A stretch of DNA of 64,000 nt from Clostridia bacterium (GTDB taxonomy: Bacteria; Bacillota; Clostridia; RGIG6154), in contig JAGAJK010000060.1 of assembly GCA_017626145.1 (NCBI GenBank), forward strand, positions 135,910 through 199,909, written 5' to 3'. Below the pieces are notes generated by a model that was not told the origin of the DNA, did not search any database, and saw nothing but the letters and a program-made list of their open reading frames with translations. Positions 39,434 to 48,762 of this stretch are shown piece by piece. How positions within the stretch are numbered: the first letter of the stretch is position 1; every line of letters starts with the position of its first letter. Position numbers and translations under genes: made by a program.

Positions 39434-42280
39434 TTATTTTACTGCAGCTTTTATATACTTGTAAGCCCAGTGTGCATCATCGATATCAGCGATTTCTACA
39501 TCAATATTATCAGAAGCATCAACATCCTTGCCGATAGCTCTGTTGATAACAATAACCATTTCTGCTTTAGAAATTCTAGCATCAGGTCTGAAGGTTCCAT
39601 CAGGATATCCAATGATATAGCCAAGTTCAACGAATGAATTTACATAATCAACTGACCAATGACCTGCAAGATCGTCAAATTTATCTTCTTCAAAATCTTT
39701 AATTTCAACACCAAGTGCTACTGCAAGAACCTTAACGAATTCAGCTCTTGTGATTGAATCAGTACCACGGAATGTTCCGTCTTCATAACCTGCAATAATG
39801 TTAGCTTTTGTGAAGAGTTCAACGATTTCAGCATTTTCAGCATTTTCGATATCTTTCAATTCACAGTCACCTGTTGCATTTTCGATATCAAGAACTTCAT
39901 TAAGAGCATTAACTACATCATCTCTTGTAGCTTCAGCATCAGGATAGAAGTTACCTTCTTCATCAGTTTCAACGAATTTGATTTCAGAAGCTTTTTCTTT
40001 CAATGAAACATCAGCAGTAGCCTTTGTAAGGTCTTTAACTTCTTCGTCCTTAACCTCATCGTCTTTAACTTCTTCATCTTTAACTTCTTCGTCTTTTTTA
40101 TCATCAGCAGGAGGTGTCACAGTTGAACTGCTTGATCCACCACCAGAATATGAAGGTCTATAGTTACCGGAACCAGCTGATGAGATATTTACAGTAACAT
40201 CTGTAGGATCTGTTACAGTGTAGTTAGCAGCATCTGCACCTTCAAGTGTGATACCGGTAATTGTAACTACTTTGTTTGAACCGGCAGCTGCAGATTCAAT
40301 TGAACCTGTTGCAGGAACATTAACTGTAACTATATCTTCATTAATTACACCGGTAACAACCTTGTTTGTAGAATCAATTTCAACAACTGTTGTACCATCT
40401 GCTTTTCTGTTTTTAGCTGTAACACCAGTAACTGTTAAAGCTTTTGCTGAAATTGTTACTGCAACATCAGCAACTGTTGGATTTGTAAGATTATAGTTTG
40501 CAGCATCTGCACCATTAATTGTAACAGCTACTGTTGCATCTGTATGTTCGCCAGCATTCTTAGATGTTAACGAACCTGTTGCTGTTGTTTCAACAACATC
40601 ACCATCAATTACACCTTCAAGAGTTGCTGTTGCAACAAATGCTGTTGTAGCATCATATTCTCTGTTTGTAGCTGTAACTGTAGCTGTAACATCTTTAGCT
40701 GTTACTGTAACTGCTACATCATTAAATGTATCTTCAGCAAGAACATAGTTTGCAGCATCTGTACCTTCAAGTGTAACTACTGCATTACCATCTGTATAAG
40801 AACCTGCGTTCTTAGATGTTAATGTACCTACTGCTGATGTTTCAACAACATCACCATCAATAACGCCTTCAAGAGTTGCTGTTGCAACAAATGCTGTTGT
40901 AGCATCGTAAGTTTTGTCTGTACCTGTAACTGAAGCTGTGATTTCCTTAGGAGAAATTTCAACTGTTACGTTATCAAATGTACTTGTAGCCAATGTGTAG
41001 TTGGCAGCATCTTCACCTGTAATAAGAACTACGACTGAACCTACGCGTGTACCCACATTTTTAGAATCAAGTTCATCTTCTTCACAGTAAGAGTTTACAA
41101 CATCACCATCGATTACACCATCAAGAGTTGCAGTTGCTTCGAATGTTGTTGTAGCATCATATTCTCTGTCTGTACCTTCTACTGAAGCTGTGATTTCTTT
41201 TGGTGAAATTTCAACTTCGATATCATTAAATGTATCTTCAGAAAGAACATAGTTTGCAGCATCCGCACCTGCAATTGAAACTTCAACAGAACCGGTGCGT
41301 GTACCGATGTTTTTAGAATCAAGTGCACCTTCTGTGCATTCAACTGTAACTTCATCACCGTCAATTACGCCTTCAAGAGTTGCTGTTGCCTCAAAGTTTG
41401 TTGTAGCATCATATTCTCTGTCTGTGCCTTCTACCGAAGCTGTGATTTCCAGAGGTACAATATCAATTCTTGCACTCTTTGTGAATGGTTTATAATTGTT
41501 ATGTTCTACTAAAGCGGTAACTTCATATGTACCGACTGCTTTAGCGCCTGTAAATTCTTCACCATCACATATGTAAGAAATGCTTGAACCTTCAGGAGCA
41601 CCTGTAACTGTAACGTTATGTAATTCACCATCGTAATCGAAGATGTCTCCTGTAACATCAACACCTGTCATTTCTTCTCTTTTATCAAATGTAAATGACT
41701 TAGCATTAAAGCCATAACTATATTCGGTATTTCCACCATTAGTAACTTTTAATTCCGAATCATCAATTGTTAAATTAAGAACTAAGTTTGTAACATCAAC
41801 ATTTTCTTTTACCTGAAGGTACACAGTTGCAAGCTTAACAGGTAAGTATGTATCTGTTTCAAAATCCAATTCAGGTACAACATAATTAGTTGCATTAAAG
41901 TCAAGTTCTAAGGAATCAGAATCATACCTCATAGCACTTTCATTCCATGTTGTAGTGTTAATTTCTTTGACGGCACTTTCTTTACCTGACTGTGTCCTGG
42001 TAAGAACCTTTGTTTTTTCACTGTCAAAGTTAAGTTTAATTTTACCTAAACTCTTAATGGTTTCAGTTTCAGAATCAATGCCTTCAACAGAAAAATCAAT
42101 CTTAAGAACGTTTTCTGCAACAAATTTGCCTTTTTCGAAAGTAATAAGTTCGTCGGCAACATTAACTGTAATTTCAACATCCGGGTCTGTATTCGATTCA
42201 CCGGCAACTGCACATGTTACACCCACCATGGTGAAAAGCATACAGAAAGCTAAAATCGCACATAATGTCTTTTTAATCAT
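39434..42280 (-). CDS. Cell-surface protein with about 5 tandem Ig-like (YDATT) domains, an acidic (EEVKD)n linker and C-terminal SLH domains
   Basis: Signal peptide MIKKTLCAILAFCMLFTMVGVTCAVA after the RBS AAGGAGAAG. Five repeats of about 84 aa, ITASVEGTDREYDATT...ATLEGVIDGD. KDEEVKDEEVKDDEVKDEEVKD stretch. Three SLH repeats at the C-terminus. Track ORF start 42382 trimmed to 42280. Confidence 0.8.
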   Translation of the reverse strand: MIKKTLCAILAFCMLFTMVGVTCAVAGESNTDPDVEITVNVADELITFEKGKFVAENVLKIDFSVEGIDSETETIKSLGKIKLNFDSEKTKVLTRTQSGKESAVKEINTTTWNESAMRYDSDSLELDFNATNYVVPELDFETDTYLPVKLATVYLQVKENVDVTNLVLNLTIDDSELKVTNGGNTEYSYGFNAKSFTFDKREEMTGVDVTGDIFDYDGELHNVTVTGAPEGSSISYICDGEEFTGAKAVGTYEVTALVEHNNYKPFTKSARIDIVPLEITASVEGTDREYDATTNFEATATLEGVIDGDEVTVECTEGALDSKNIGTRTGSVEVSIAGADAANYVLSEDTFNDIEVEISPKEITASVEGTDREYDATTTFEATATLDGVIDGDVVNSYCEEDELDSKNVGTRVGSVVVLITGEDAANYTLATSTFDNVTVEISPKEITASVTGTDKTYDATTAFVATATLEGVIDGDVVETSAVGTLTSKNAGSYTDGNAVVTLEGTDAANYVLAEDTFNDVAVTVTAKDVTATVTATNREYDATTAFVATATLEGVIDGDVVETTATGSLTSKNAGEHTDATVAVTINGADAANYNLTNPTVADVAVTISAKALTVTGVTAKNRKADGTTVVEIDSTNKVVTGVINEDIVTVNVPATGSIESAAAGSNKVVTITGITLEGADAANYTVTDPTDVTVNISSAGSGNYRPSYSGGGSSSSTVTPPADDKKDEEVKDEEVKDDEVKDEEVKDLTKATADVSLKEKASEIKFVETDEEGNFYPDAEATRDDVVNALNEVLDIENATGDCELKDIENAENAEIVELFTKANIIAGYEDGTFRGTDSITRAEFVKVLAVALGVEIKDFEEDKFDDLAGHWSVDYVNSFVELGYIIGYPDGTFRPDARISKAEMVIVINRAIGKDVDASDNIDVEIADIDDAHWAYKYIKAAVK
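40030..40100 (-). repeat. 15-bp periodic repeat (AACTTCTTCGTCTTT-type) encoding the acidic EEVKD linker
   Basis: Four to five tandem 15-mers on the plus strand; they translate on the minus strand to (K)DEEVK units. Confidence 0.7.
40220..41470 (-). repeat. Intragenic tandem repeats of about 252 bp (about 5 copies) encoding Ig-like domains
   Basis: Near-identical DNA stretches recur; for example GTTGCTGTTGCAACAAATGCTGTTGTAGCATC occurs at about 40626 and about 40872. Confidence 0.75.
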
Positions 42281-42353
42281 GTTATCTTCTCCTTTTTTAT
42301 CTAATTTAGTGTACTTTGTATTTGCAAAAATGCATATACACCTATTTTCAAAT

Positions 42354-42382
42354 ATTATACAATATATAGTATAAAAAGTCAA
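42354..42382 (-). promoter_or_regulatory. Sigma-A type promoter for the SLH protein gene (TTGACT-17-TGnTATAAT)
   Basis: Minus strand reads TTGACTttttatactatatatTGTATAAT; the 5' UTR is about 70 nt. Confidence 0.55.
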
Positions 42383-42420
42383 CAGATAAAGTAAGATTTT
42401 TTCAAAATTTTCACAAACTT

Positions 42421-42448
42421 AAATGAGTGTGTATAAACACACTCATTT
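42421..42448 (-). terminator. Terminator of clpC
   Basis: AAATGAGTGTG-TATAAA-CACACTCATTT: perfect hairpin. Confidence 0.75.
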
Positions 42449-42457
42449 AAGTTCTTA

Positions 42458-45061
42458 TTAATTTTTTCTTATATTAAAAATCTTGTCATTCACATCAACT
42501 ATAACATTATCTCCACTCCGGATTTCCCCGGAAATTATACTTTCAGCAAGTAAATCTTCAACATTCGATATAATTGCTCTCCTTAAAGGTCTTGCACCAT
42601 ATACAGGATCAAAACCCATATCAGAAAGTTCAGCTATCGCTTCATCTGTGATAGAAGCTATTATATCATTCGCCTCAAGTCTGGAAAACAAATCATTTAT
42701 CATATTACGTGTGATTTTCTTAATTTCATCTTTATTAAGCTGTCTGAACACTATTATATCATCAATTCTGTTTATAAATTCAGGTTTAAATGTCATTTTC
42801 AGTTCATTTAAAACCTTATTCTTTATGCTATTATATTCATTTGATAAATCGTTATCATCTTCGTTAAATCCTAAGGTTTTATTTTTGCCTATAATTGACA
42901 TCGCACCAACATTTGATGTCATTATTATTATGGTATTTTTGAAATCCACTTTTACACCTTGTGAGCTTGTTAATACGCCATCCTCCAATACCTGAAGCAG
43001 GATATTAAATATATCAGGATGTGCTTTTTCAATTTCATCAAATAATACTATACTGTACGGTTTACGCCTTACCTGTTCGCAAAGCTGACCACCTTCGTCA
43101 AACCCAACATATCCCGGTGGTGAACCCACAAGTCTTGACACAGAATGTTTTTCCATATATTCAGACATATCAAATCTGATTATAGCATTTTCATCACCAA
43201 ACATTACCTGTGCAAGTGTTTTACACAATTCTGTTTTACCAACACCGGTTGGTCCACTAAATATGAACGAACCAATCGGACGTTTTGGGTCTTTTAAACC
43301 TGCTCTGCCTCTTTTTACTGCTTTTGCTACAGCAGTAACTGCTTCGTCCTGACCGATAACACGCTCATGTAGCTGTGTTTCAAGATATTTAAGTTTTTCG
43401 CTTTCTGTTTCTTCAATTTTAAAAACAGGTATTCCTGTCCAGTGTGACACAACATTTGAAATATCGACTGCATCAACTTCCATATTTAATTTCTGTTTTT
43501 CCTGTGTCCAAGTTTCTCTTGATTTCTTGATTTTTTCTGATATAATGTTTTCTTCATCACGAAGTGAAGCAGCTTTTTCAAAATCCTGTGAATTAATCGC
43601 AGCCTCTTTTCTTGCCTTGATTTTTTCATATTCGGCATTAAGTTGCGAAAGTTCATCGGGTGCTGTAAATGAATCAAGCTTAACTTTTGATGCTGCTTCA
43701 TCTATCAAATCTATAGCTTTATCAGGCAAAAATCTATCAGTTATATACCTTGAAGACATCTTAGCTGCTGCTATTAATGCTTCATCAGTAATTTTAACTT
43801 TGTGATGAGCTTCATATTTATCACGCAATCCCATAAGAATCATTATAGTTTCATCCACTGTAGGCTCTCCTATAGTTACAGGTTGAAATCTTCTTTCAAA
43901 AGCCGAATCCTTTTCTATATATTTTCTATACTCTTTGATAGTTGTTGCTCCGATAATCTGAATTTCACCACGCGCCAAAGCCGGTTTCAATATATTTGAA
44001 GCATCAATAGCTCCTTCAGCGGCTCCGGCTCCAATTATAGTATGAATTTCATCTATGAAAATAATAATATTTCCGGCAGAAATTATTTCATCCATAACTT
44101 TTTTTAAACGTTCTTCAAAATCACCTCTGTATTTTGAACCGGCAACCATTGAAGAAAGATCAAGCGATATGACACGCTTATTCTTTAAAATTTCCGGAAC
44201 TTTTCCGTCATGGATATTTTGGGCAAGACCTTCAGCCACCGCAGTCTTACCAACTCCCGGTTCACCAATTAAACAAGGATTATTTTTAGTGCGACGTGAA
44301 AGTATCTGCATAACTCTCTCAATTTCTTTGTCCCTTCCTATAACAGGATCGAACTTACCTTCACCAGCAAGCCTTGTCAGATCTTTACCAAATTTATCTA
44401 TATTAGGCGTCTTGCAACCTGCTCCGTTTTTATTGTCAAATGTTGATGTTTCATGTATTGGATCATCATTGCTGTTAACACCTAAAGAATTCATTAAACT
44501 TTCATATATATCTTCAGGATTACACCCCAGAGAAGTAATCACGTTATATGCTGCTGAATCTTTATCAGATAGTAATGCCATTAATAAATGTTCTGTTCCA
44601 ATATAATTTTGTCGTATTTTTCTCATAATTTCATATGCTGTTTCTATAACTCTTTTATATCTGGGAGAAAAACCTATAACCGCAGACCCCATATTGGTAA
44701 CACCAATGTTTTTGACTATTACATTCTGAACCTTCTCGGCAGTAACACCGGAATTACTTAAAATATTTCTGGCTATACTGTTACTGTCACATAATAAACC
44801 AAATAACAAATGTTCGGTTCCAACATATTTATGATTCCAACTTTCAGCTGCTAAAGAAGCATTTCTGATAGCTGTCTCTGCCCTATCTGAGAATTTATTT
44901 TCAAAAAAACTCATAAAACTACCTCCTTTACTGTTTATATTGTTGCTATATGTTTTTTCGGATGCACATTTACTACACATATAAATTTCTTTTAAAACAC
45001 CGTTTACTATTGAACGATAATGAATATTAGCGGCATTTTTTCCACAAATCTGACATAACAT
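42458..45061 (-). CDS. clpC: ATP-dependent Clp protease ATP-binding subunit ClpC with an N-terminally fused McsA-type C4 zinc finger
   Basis: Residues 1-35 [33 protein letters not shown] resemble the McsA N-terminus. They are followed by the ClpC N-domain repeats, two AAA+ modules ([19 protein letters not shown]) and a UVR-like segment. A perfect AGGAGG RBS lies 7 nt before the first ATG. Confidence 0.88.
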   Translation of the reverse strand: MLCQICGKNAANIHYRSIVNGVLKEIYMCSKCASEKTYSNNINSKGGSFMSFFENKFSDRAETAIRNASLAAESWNHKYVGTEHLLFGLLCDSNSIARNILSNSGVTAEKVQNVIVKNIGVTNMGSAVIGFSPRYKRVIETAYEIMRKIRQNYIGTEHLLMALLSDKDSAAYNVITSLGCNPEDIYESLMNSLGVNSNDDPIHETSTFDNKNGAGCKTPNIDKFGKDLTRLAGEGKFDPVIGRDKEIERVMQILSRRTKNNPCLIGEPGVGKTAVAEGLAQNIHDGKVPEILKNKRVISLDLSSMVAGSKYRGDFEERLKKVMDEIISAGNIIIFIDEIHTIIGAGAAEGAIDASNILKPALARGEIQIIGATTIKEYRKYIEKDSAFERRFQPVTIGEPTVDETIMILMGLRDKYEAHHKVKITDEALIAAAKMSSRYITDRFLPDKAIDLIDEAASKVKLDSFTAPDELSQLNAEYEKIKARKEAAINSQDFEKAASLRDEENIISEKIKKSRETWTQEKQKLNMEVDAVDISNVVSHWTGIPVFKIEETESEKLKYLETQLHERVIGQDEAVTAVAKAVKRGRAGLKDPKRPIGSFIFSGPTGVGKTELCKTLAQVMFGDENAIIRFDMSEYMEKHSVSRLVGSPPGYVGFDEGGQLCEQVRRKPYSIVLFDEIEKAHPDIFNILLQVLEDGVLTSSQGVKVDFKNTIIIMTSNVGAMSIIGKNKTLGFNEDDNDLSNEYNSIKNKVLNELKMTFKPEFINRIDDIIVFRQLNKDEIKKITRNMINDLFSRLEANDIIASITDEAIAELSDMGFDPVYGARPLRRAIISNVEDLLAESIISGEIRSGDNVIVDVNDKIFNIRKN

Positions 45062-45072
45062 AATTATACCTC

Positions 45073-45525
45073 CTAACTAATAATACTTACTATCATATTT
45101 TTAAATATAGAAGCTCTTAAAATATCTCTTCCGGGTTGCTCAACAATTCTTAACACATTGTCCGAAATAGCCGATGCTATCAACTGTGCCTCTTTGTTTG
45201 TAACAGCTCCATAATCAAGAAAATTTTTAATAAACGTATATGCTACGTTTTGAGTAATGGAATTTCCTATGGATGACGCTATATGCATAAGATACCCATC
45301 ATTATCCAATTTTATCCTTGTTATGGTAATATTACCACCGCCACCTCGTTTACTTTCAACTGTGTAGCCATGGTCATTTGTAAATCTTGAATTAATAACA
45401 TAGTTAATCTGAGATGGCACGCAATTTAACCTGTATGCCAATTCATTCCTTCTAAAACTCGCAACACCATCTTCATTGTCAAGCATTTCTTTAATTATTT
45501 CCTCAATAAGATCGCTTATTTTCAT
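45073..45525 (-). CDS. ctsR: Transcriptional repressor CtsR (class III stress genes)
   Basis: N-terminal winged-HTH MKISDLIEEIIKEM...RRNELAYRLNCVPSQINYVI and glycine-rich loop KRGGGGNI. Immediately precedes clpC. Confidence 0.9.
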   Translation of the reverse strand: MKISDLIEEIIKEMLDNEDGVASFRRNELAYRLNCVPSQINYVINSRFTNDHGYTVESKRGGGGNITITRIKLDNDGYLMHIASSIGNSITQNVAYTFIKNFLDYGAVTNKEAQLIASAISDNVLRIVEQPGRDILRASIFKNMIVSIIS

Positions 45526-45540
45526 AAAACACCTCTGTTT

Positions 45541-45564
45541 TTGACTTTGACTTTCTTTGACTTT
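45541..45564 (-). promoter_or_regulatory. CtsR operator (triple GTCAAA heptad direct repeat) upstream of ctsR
   Basis: Minus strand reads AAAGTCAAAGAAAGTCAAAGTCAA; CtsR box consensus is A/GGTCAAANANA/GGTCAAA. Located 16 nt upstream of the ctsR start. Confidence 0.75.
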
Positions 45565-45628
45565 ATTATATCATATTTTAAAAATTTTTCAATACATAAA
45601 TTATGAAATTTTTGTGAAATAAAAATAA

Positions 45629-45661
45629 GGTCTGTAAAAAATCAATGATTTTTTACAGACC
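45629..45661 (-). terminator. Terminator of the prs-like gene
   Basis: GGTCTGTAAAAAATCA/TGATTTTTTACAGACC: 16-bp perfect inverted repeat. Confidence 0.8.
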
Positions 45662-45677
45662 CAACATTTACTTTTTG

Positions 45678-46826
45678 TTATTTAATATTGTATTTTTTTA
45701 ATAATGAATCAATCTTTTCGTGAGGATCAAGAATCAAAGATGTTGAAACATCATGGTTGATTGCTGCAATCAGATAAGCAATATACTTAGAAACATCAAC
45801 TTCATTAAACCATTCCCTACTCTTTAATTCAGGACTGATATATGTAAGATTAGTACCAAATACACCATCAATGATACCATCAGCATATGCTTTATCAAAT
45901 AAATCAAGACCATTAGTAAAAATTGCATATGTTGCATAAGTGAATATTCGGTTAGCTTTTCTCTTTTTAAGTTCATATGCTATATCAAGCATAGATTCAC
46001 CGGATGAAATAATATCGTCAGCAATAAAAACATCTTTTCCTTCAACAGAATTTCCCAAATACTCATGAGCTACAATTGGATTTCTACCATTAACGATGCG
46101 TGAGTAATCTCTTCTCTTGTAGAACATACCCAAGTCAACACCCAGCACTGAAGCATAGTACATATTTCTTGAAATTGCACCCTCGTCAGGACTGATAATC
46201 ATAAAACTATCTTTACAAGGCTTGAAACTATCAATATTTTTAAACATCGATTTAAGAACCTGATAAGTTGGCATTACATTGTCAAAGCCTGTGAGAGGTA
46301 TTGCGTTTTGTACTCTCGGATCATGAGCATCAAATGTAACGATATTAGATACGCCCATACTAGCTAACTCCTGAAGTGCTACCGCACAATCTAAAGATTC
46401 ACGATAACTTCTTCTATGTTGACGACCACCATAAAGTGAAGGCATAATAACATTGATTCTGTGAGCTTTACCTCCGGCAGCCTGAATAATACGTTTAAGA
46501 TCTGCAAAATGGTCATCAGGAGACATAGCATTTTCTTTTCCGAACATATCATATTTACAATTATGATTACAAACATCAACTAATATAAATAAATCATGAC
46601 CACGAACGGTAGATTTAATTATACCTTTACCATCACCGGATGAAAATCTTGGACAATCCGACTCAATAAGAAACGTATTGTGTGTATTGCCTCCCTCTTT
46701 TGCCCACGAAACAAGATAATTATCAATCTTATCTCCTAATTCAGTAGCACTCTGTGTAGCTATAACACCTAAAGGTGCCACTCGATTAGAATCGTCGAAT
46801 AAAATTTCTTTAATATTTTGACTCAT
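45678..46826 (-). CDS. Ribose-phosphate pyrophosphokinase family protein, long divergent form (382 aa)
   Basis: Flexible-loop-like PSLYGGRQHRR, FDAHDPRVQN and PRPP-binding loop FIADDIISSGESM. N-terminal and internal insertions relative to canonical Prs. Confidence 0.65.
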   Translation of the reverse strand: MSQNIKEILFDDSNRVAPLGVIATQSATELGDKIDNYLVSWAKEGGNTHNTFLIESDCPRFSSGDGKGIIKSTVRGHDLFILVDVCNHNCKYDMFGKENAMSPDDHFADLKRIIQAAGGKAHRINVIMPSLYGGRQHRRSYRESLDCAVALQELASMGVSNIVTFDAHDPRVQNAIPLTGFDNVMPTYQVLKSMFKNIDSFKPCKDSFMIISPDEGAISRNMYYASVLGVDLGMFYKRRDYSRIVNGRNPIVAHEYLGNSVEGKDVFIADDIISSGESMLDIAYELKKRKANRIFTYATYAIFTNGLDLFDKAYADGIIDGVFGTNLTYISPELKSREWFNEVDVSKYIAYLIAAINHDVSTSLILDPHEKIDSLLKKYNIK

Positions 46827-46903
46827 ATTCTCAATCCTCTTAATTTATTGTAATTATTGTAAAAAATTCAGCCCCTGCTATACTTCTATAGAGGGGCAAT
46901 AAA

Positions 46904-47320
46904 TTAAAACTCAACTATATATTTTTTCAAATATTCAGGAGCTCTGTCTCTGCCGGCAGAAATTGCAATTGTAAAGTTGATATTATTCTTTTTACTGAAT
47001 TCATCAAGTTCAGAAATGAAAGTTTCAAAACCTTCTTCTTCAGTTTCTACAATTTTCCAAATGCTGTCAACAAAAACATGTGAAATATCATAATTGCTGG
47101 ATACAATACCGCCAATAAATCCAAAAAATACCTCGTAATCTTTAATACCGAAATCTTCTGTGGTGATATAGCGAACAGCATGAGTTAAATCACACATAAG
47201 TCTGTTAGTTTTACCGATAAAAACTATATTTCCCGGTTCATCCTTAACAGCGTTGTTTACATGGTCCACAAGATACTTTGTTTTTCCAGTACCCTTTTCA
47301 CCAATAATTACGTTAATCAT
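46904..47320 (-). CDS. Hypothetical P-loop NTPase (138 aa)
   Basis: Walker A GEKGTGKT at the N-terminus and an acidic C-terminal half. Start set at MINVIIGE, which follows a GGAAGGAGAG RBS. Confidence 0.5.
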   Translation of the reverse strand: MINVIIGEKGTGKTKYLVDHVNNAVKDEPGNIVFIGKTNRLMCDLTHAVRYITTEDFGIKDYEVFFGFIGGIVSSNYDISHVFVDSIWKIVETEEEGFETFISELDEFSKKNNINFTIAISAGRDRAPEYLKKYIVEF

Positions 47321-47406
47321 GTAAATCTCTCCTTCCTTACTGCTTATATATATGATACTATAAATTATAAATATTTTCAAGTGTTTTTGGATAATTTTCC
47401 AAAAAA

Positions 47407-48747
47407 TTATAATCTTTTTTCAAGTTCAGCTTTTAAATCTTCATAACCGGGTTTATTCAAAAGAGCAAACATATTCTTTTTATATGCTTCAACACCAGGC
47501 TGATCAAAAGGATTAACACCAAGCACATATCCGCTTATTGCACAAGCTTTTTCGAAGAAATAAACCATATAACCAAATGTTGATTCATCAATCTTTGGCA
47601 ATGTGATAACTAAATTAGGTACACGACCATCAGTATGAGCAAGTAATGTTCCTTCAAAAGCTTTTTTATTTACGTAATCCATTGTTTTACCTGCAAGGAA
47701 ATTAAGACCGTCAACATTATCTTTTGTTTCTTTAATTGTTATAGTCTTCTTTGGTGTTTCAATATTTATAACTGTTTCAAAAATATTTCTTACACCATCC
47801 TGCACATACTGCCCCAATGAATGCAGGTCAGTGGAAAAATCAACAGAAGCAGGAAAAATACCTTTATTATCCTTTCCCTCACTTTCGCCAAACAACTGTT
47901 TCCACCATTCTGCAAAGAAATGAACGTAAGGTTCATAATTAACCATAATTTCAGTAGTATATCCTTTTCTGTAAAGAATATTTCTTATCGCAGCATACTG
48001 ATAACAAATATTATTATCAAGTTCAGGTGCAGTGAATTCTTCACGTGCTTTTGCAGCACCTTCCATAATTTTCTTAATATCAATACCTGCAACTGCAATA
48101 GGAAGTAATCCTACAGCAGTAAGCACTGAAAATCTTCCACCAACATCATCCGGAACAACAAAAGTTTCGTAACCTTCCTCATCTGCAAGATTTTTTAATG
48201 CACCTTTCTCTTTATCAGTTGTAGCAAATATTCTTTCTTTAGCTTCTTCTTTGCCGTATTTTTCTTCCAGGAGTTCCTTGAAAATTCTAAAAGCAATAGC
48301 CGGTTCAGTTGTGGTTCCGGATTTTGAAATTACATTTACAGAAAAATCTCTGTCTCCTATTACGTCTATAAGATCAGCAAGATAAGTAGAACTGATTGAA
48401 TTACCTGCAAAATATATCTCAGGTGTATTTCTCTTTTCCTTTGAAATTTTATTAGAAAAAGAGTGTCCAAGCATTGTGACACCGGCTTTAGCACCTAAAT
48501 ATGAACCACCGATACCAATAACAACAAAAACTTCACTGTTGTTTTTAATTTTCTCGGCAGCCTTAAGAATCCTTTCAAACTCATCTTTATCATAATTTAC
48601 AGGCAAATCAACCCAACCTAAAAAATCGTTACCTGCACCATTTTTTGTTGTTAGCAGCTCATGGGCAGTTTTAATCTGCGACTGCATATACTCAACTTCA
48701 TGCTCGTTAATAGCCCACCCTGTCTTAGAATAATCAAATTTTATCAT
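47407..48747 (-). CDS. pgi: Glucose-6-phosphate isomerase (about 450-aa Firmicutes type)
   Basis: SIS-domain motifs [13 protein letters not shown] and SKSGTTTE. Confidence 0.9.
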   Translation of the reverse strand: MIKFDYSKTGWAINEHEVEYMQSQIKTAHELLTTKNGAGNDFLGWVDLPVNYDKDEFERILKAAEKIKNNSEVFVVIGIGGSYLGAKAGVTMLGHSFSNKISKEKRNTPEIYFAGNSISSTYLADLIDVIGDRDFSVNVISKSGTTTEPAIAFRIFKELLEEKYGKEEAKERIFATTDKEKGALKNLADEEGYETFVVPDDVGGRFSVLTAVGLLPIAVAGIDIKKIMEGAAKAREEFTAPELDNNICYQYAAIRNILYRKGYTTEIMVNYEPYVHFFAEWWKQLFGESEGKDNKGIFPASVDFSTDLHSLGQYVQDGVRNIFETVINIETPKKTITIKETKDNVDGLNFLAGKTMDYVNKKAFEGTLLAHTDGRVPNLVITLPKIDESTFGYMVYFFEKACAISGYVLGVNPFDQPGVEAYKKNMFALLNKPGYEDLKAELEKRL

Positions 48748-48762
48748 AAATACACACTCCTT

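Noticed and set aside
39978-40163. Tandem short DNA repeats and an ORF translating to SLTSSSLTSSSLTSSS on the plus strand; these could be mistaken for a CRISPR-like or minisatellite array.
   Set aside because: The repeats are contiguous 15-mers with no spacers. On the minus strand they encode the (EEVKD)n acidic linker of the SLH surface protein, so they are a coding repeat and not a CRISPR.
42281-42382. Extended N-terminus of the SLH protein ORF (MTFYTIYCIIFENRC...).
   Set aside because: The extension overlaps the gene's own -35/-10 promoter and lacks an RBS. The signal peptide begins at the ATG at 42280, which follows AAGGAGAAG.
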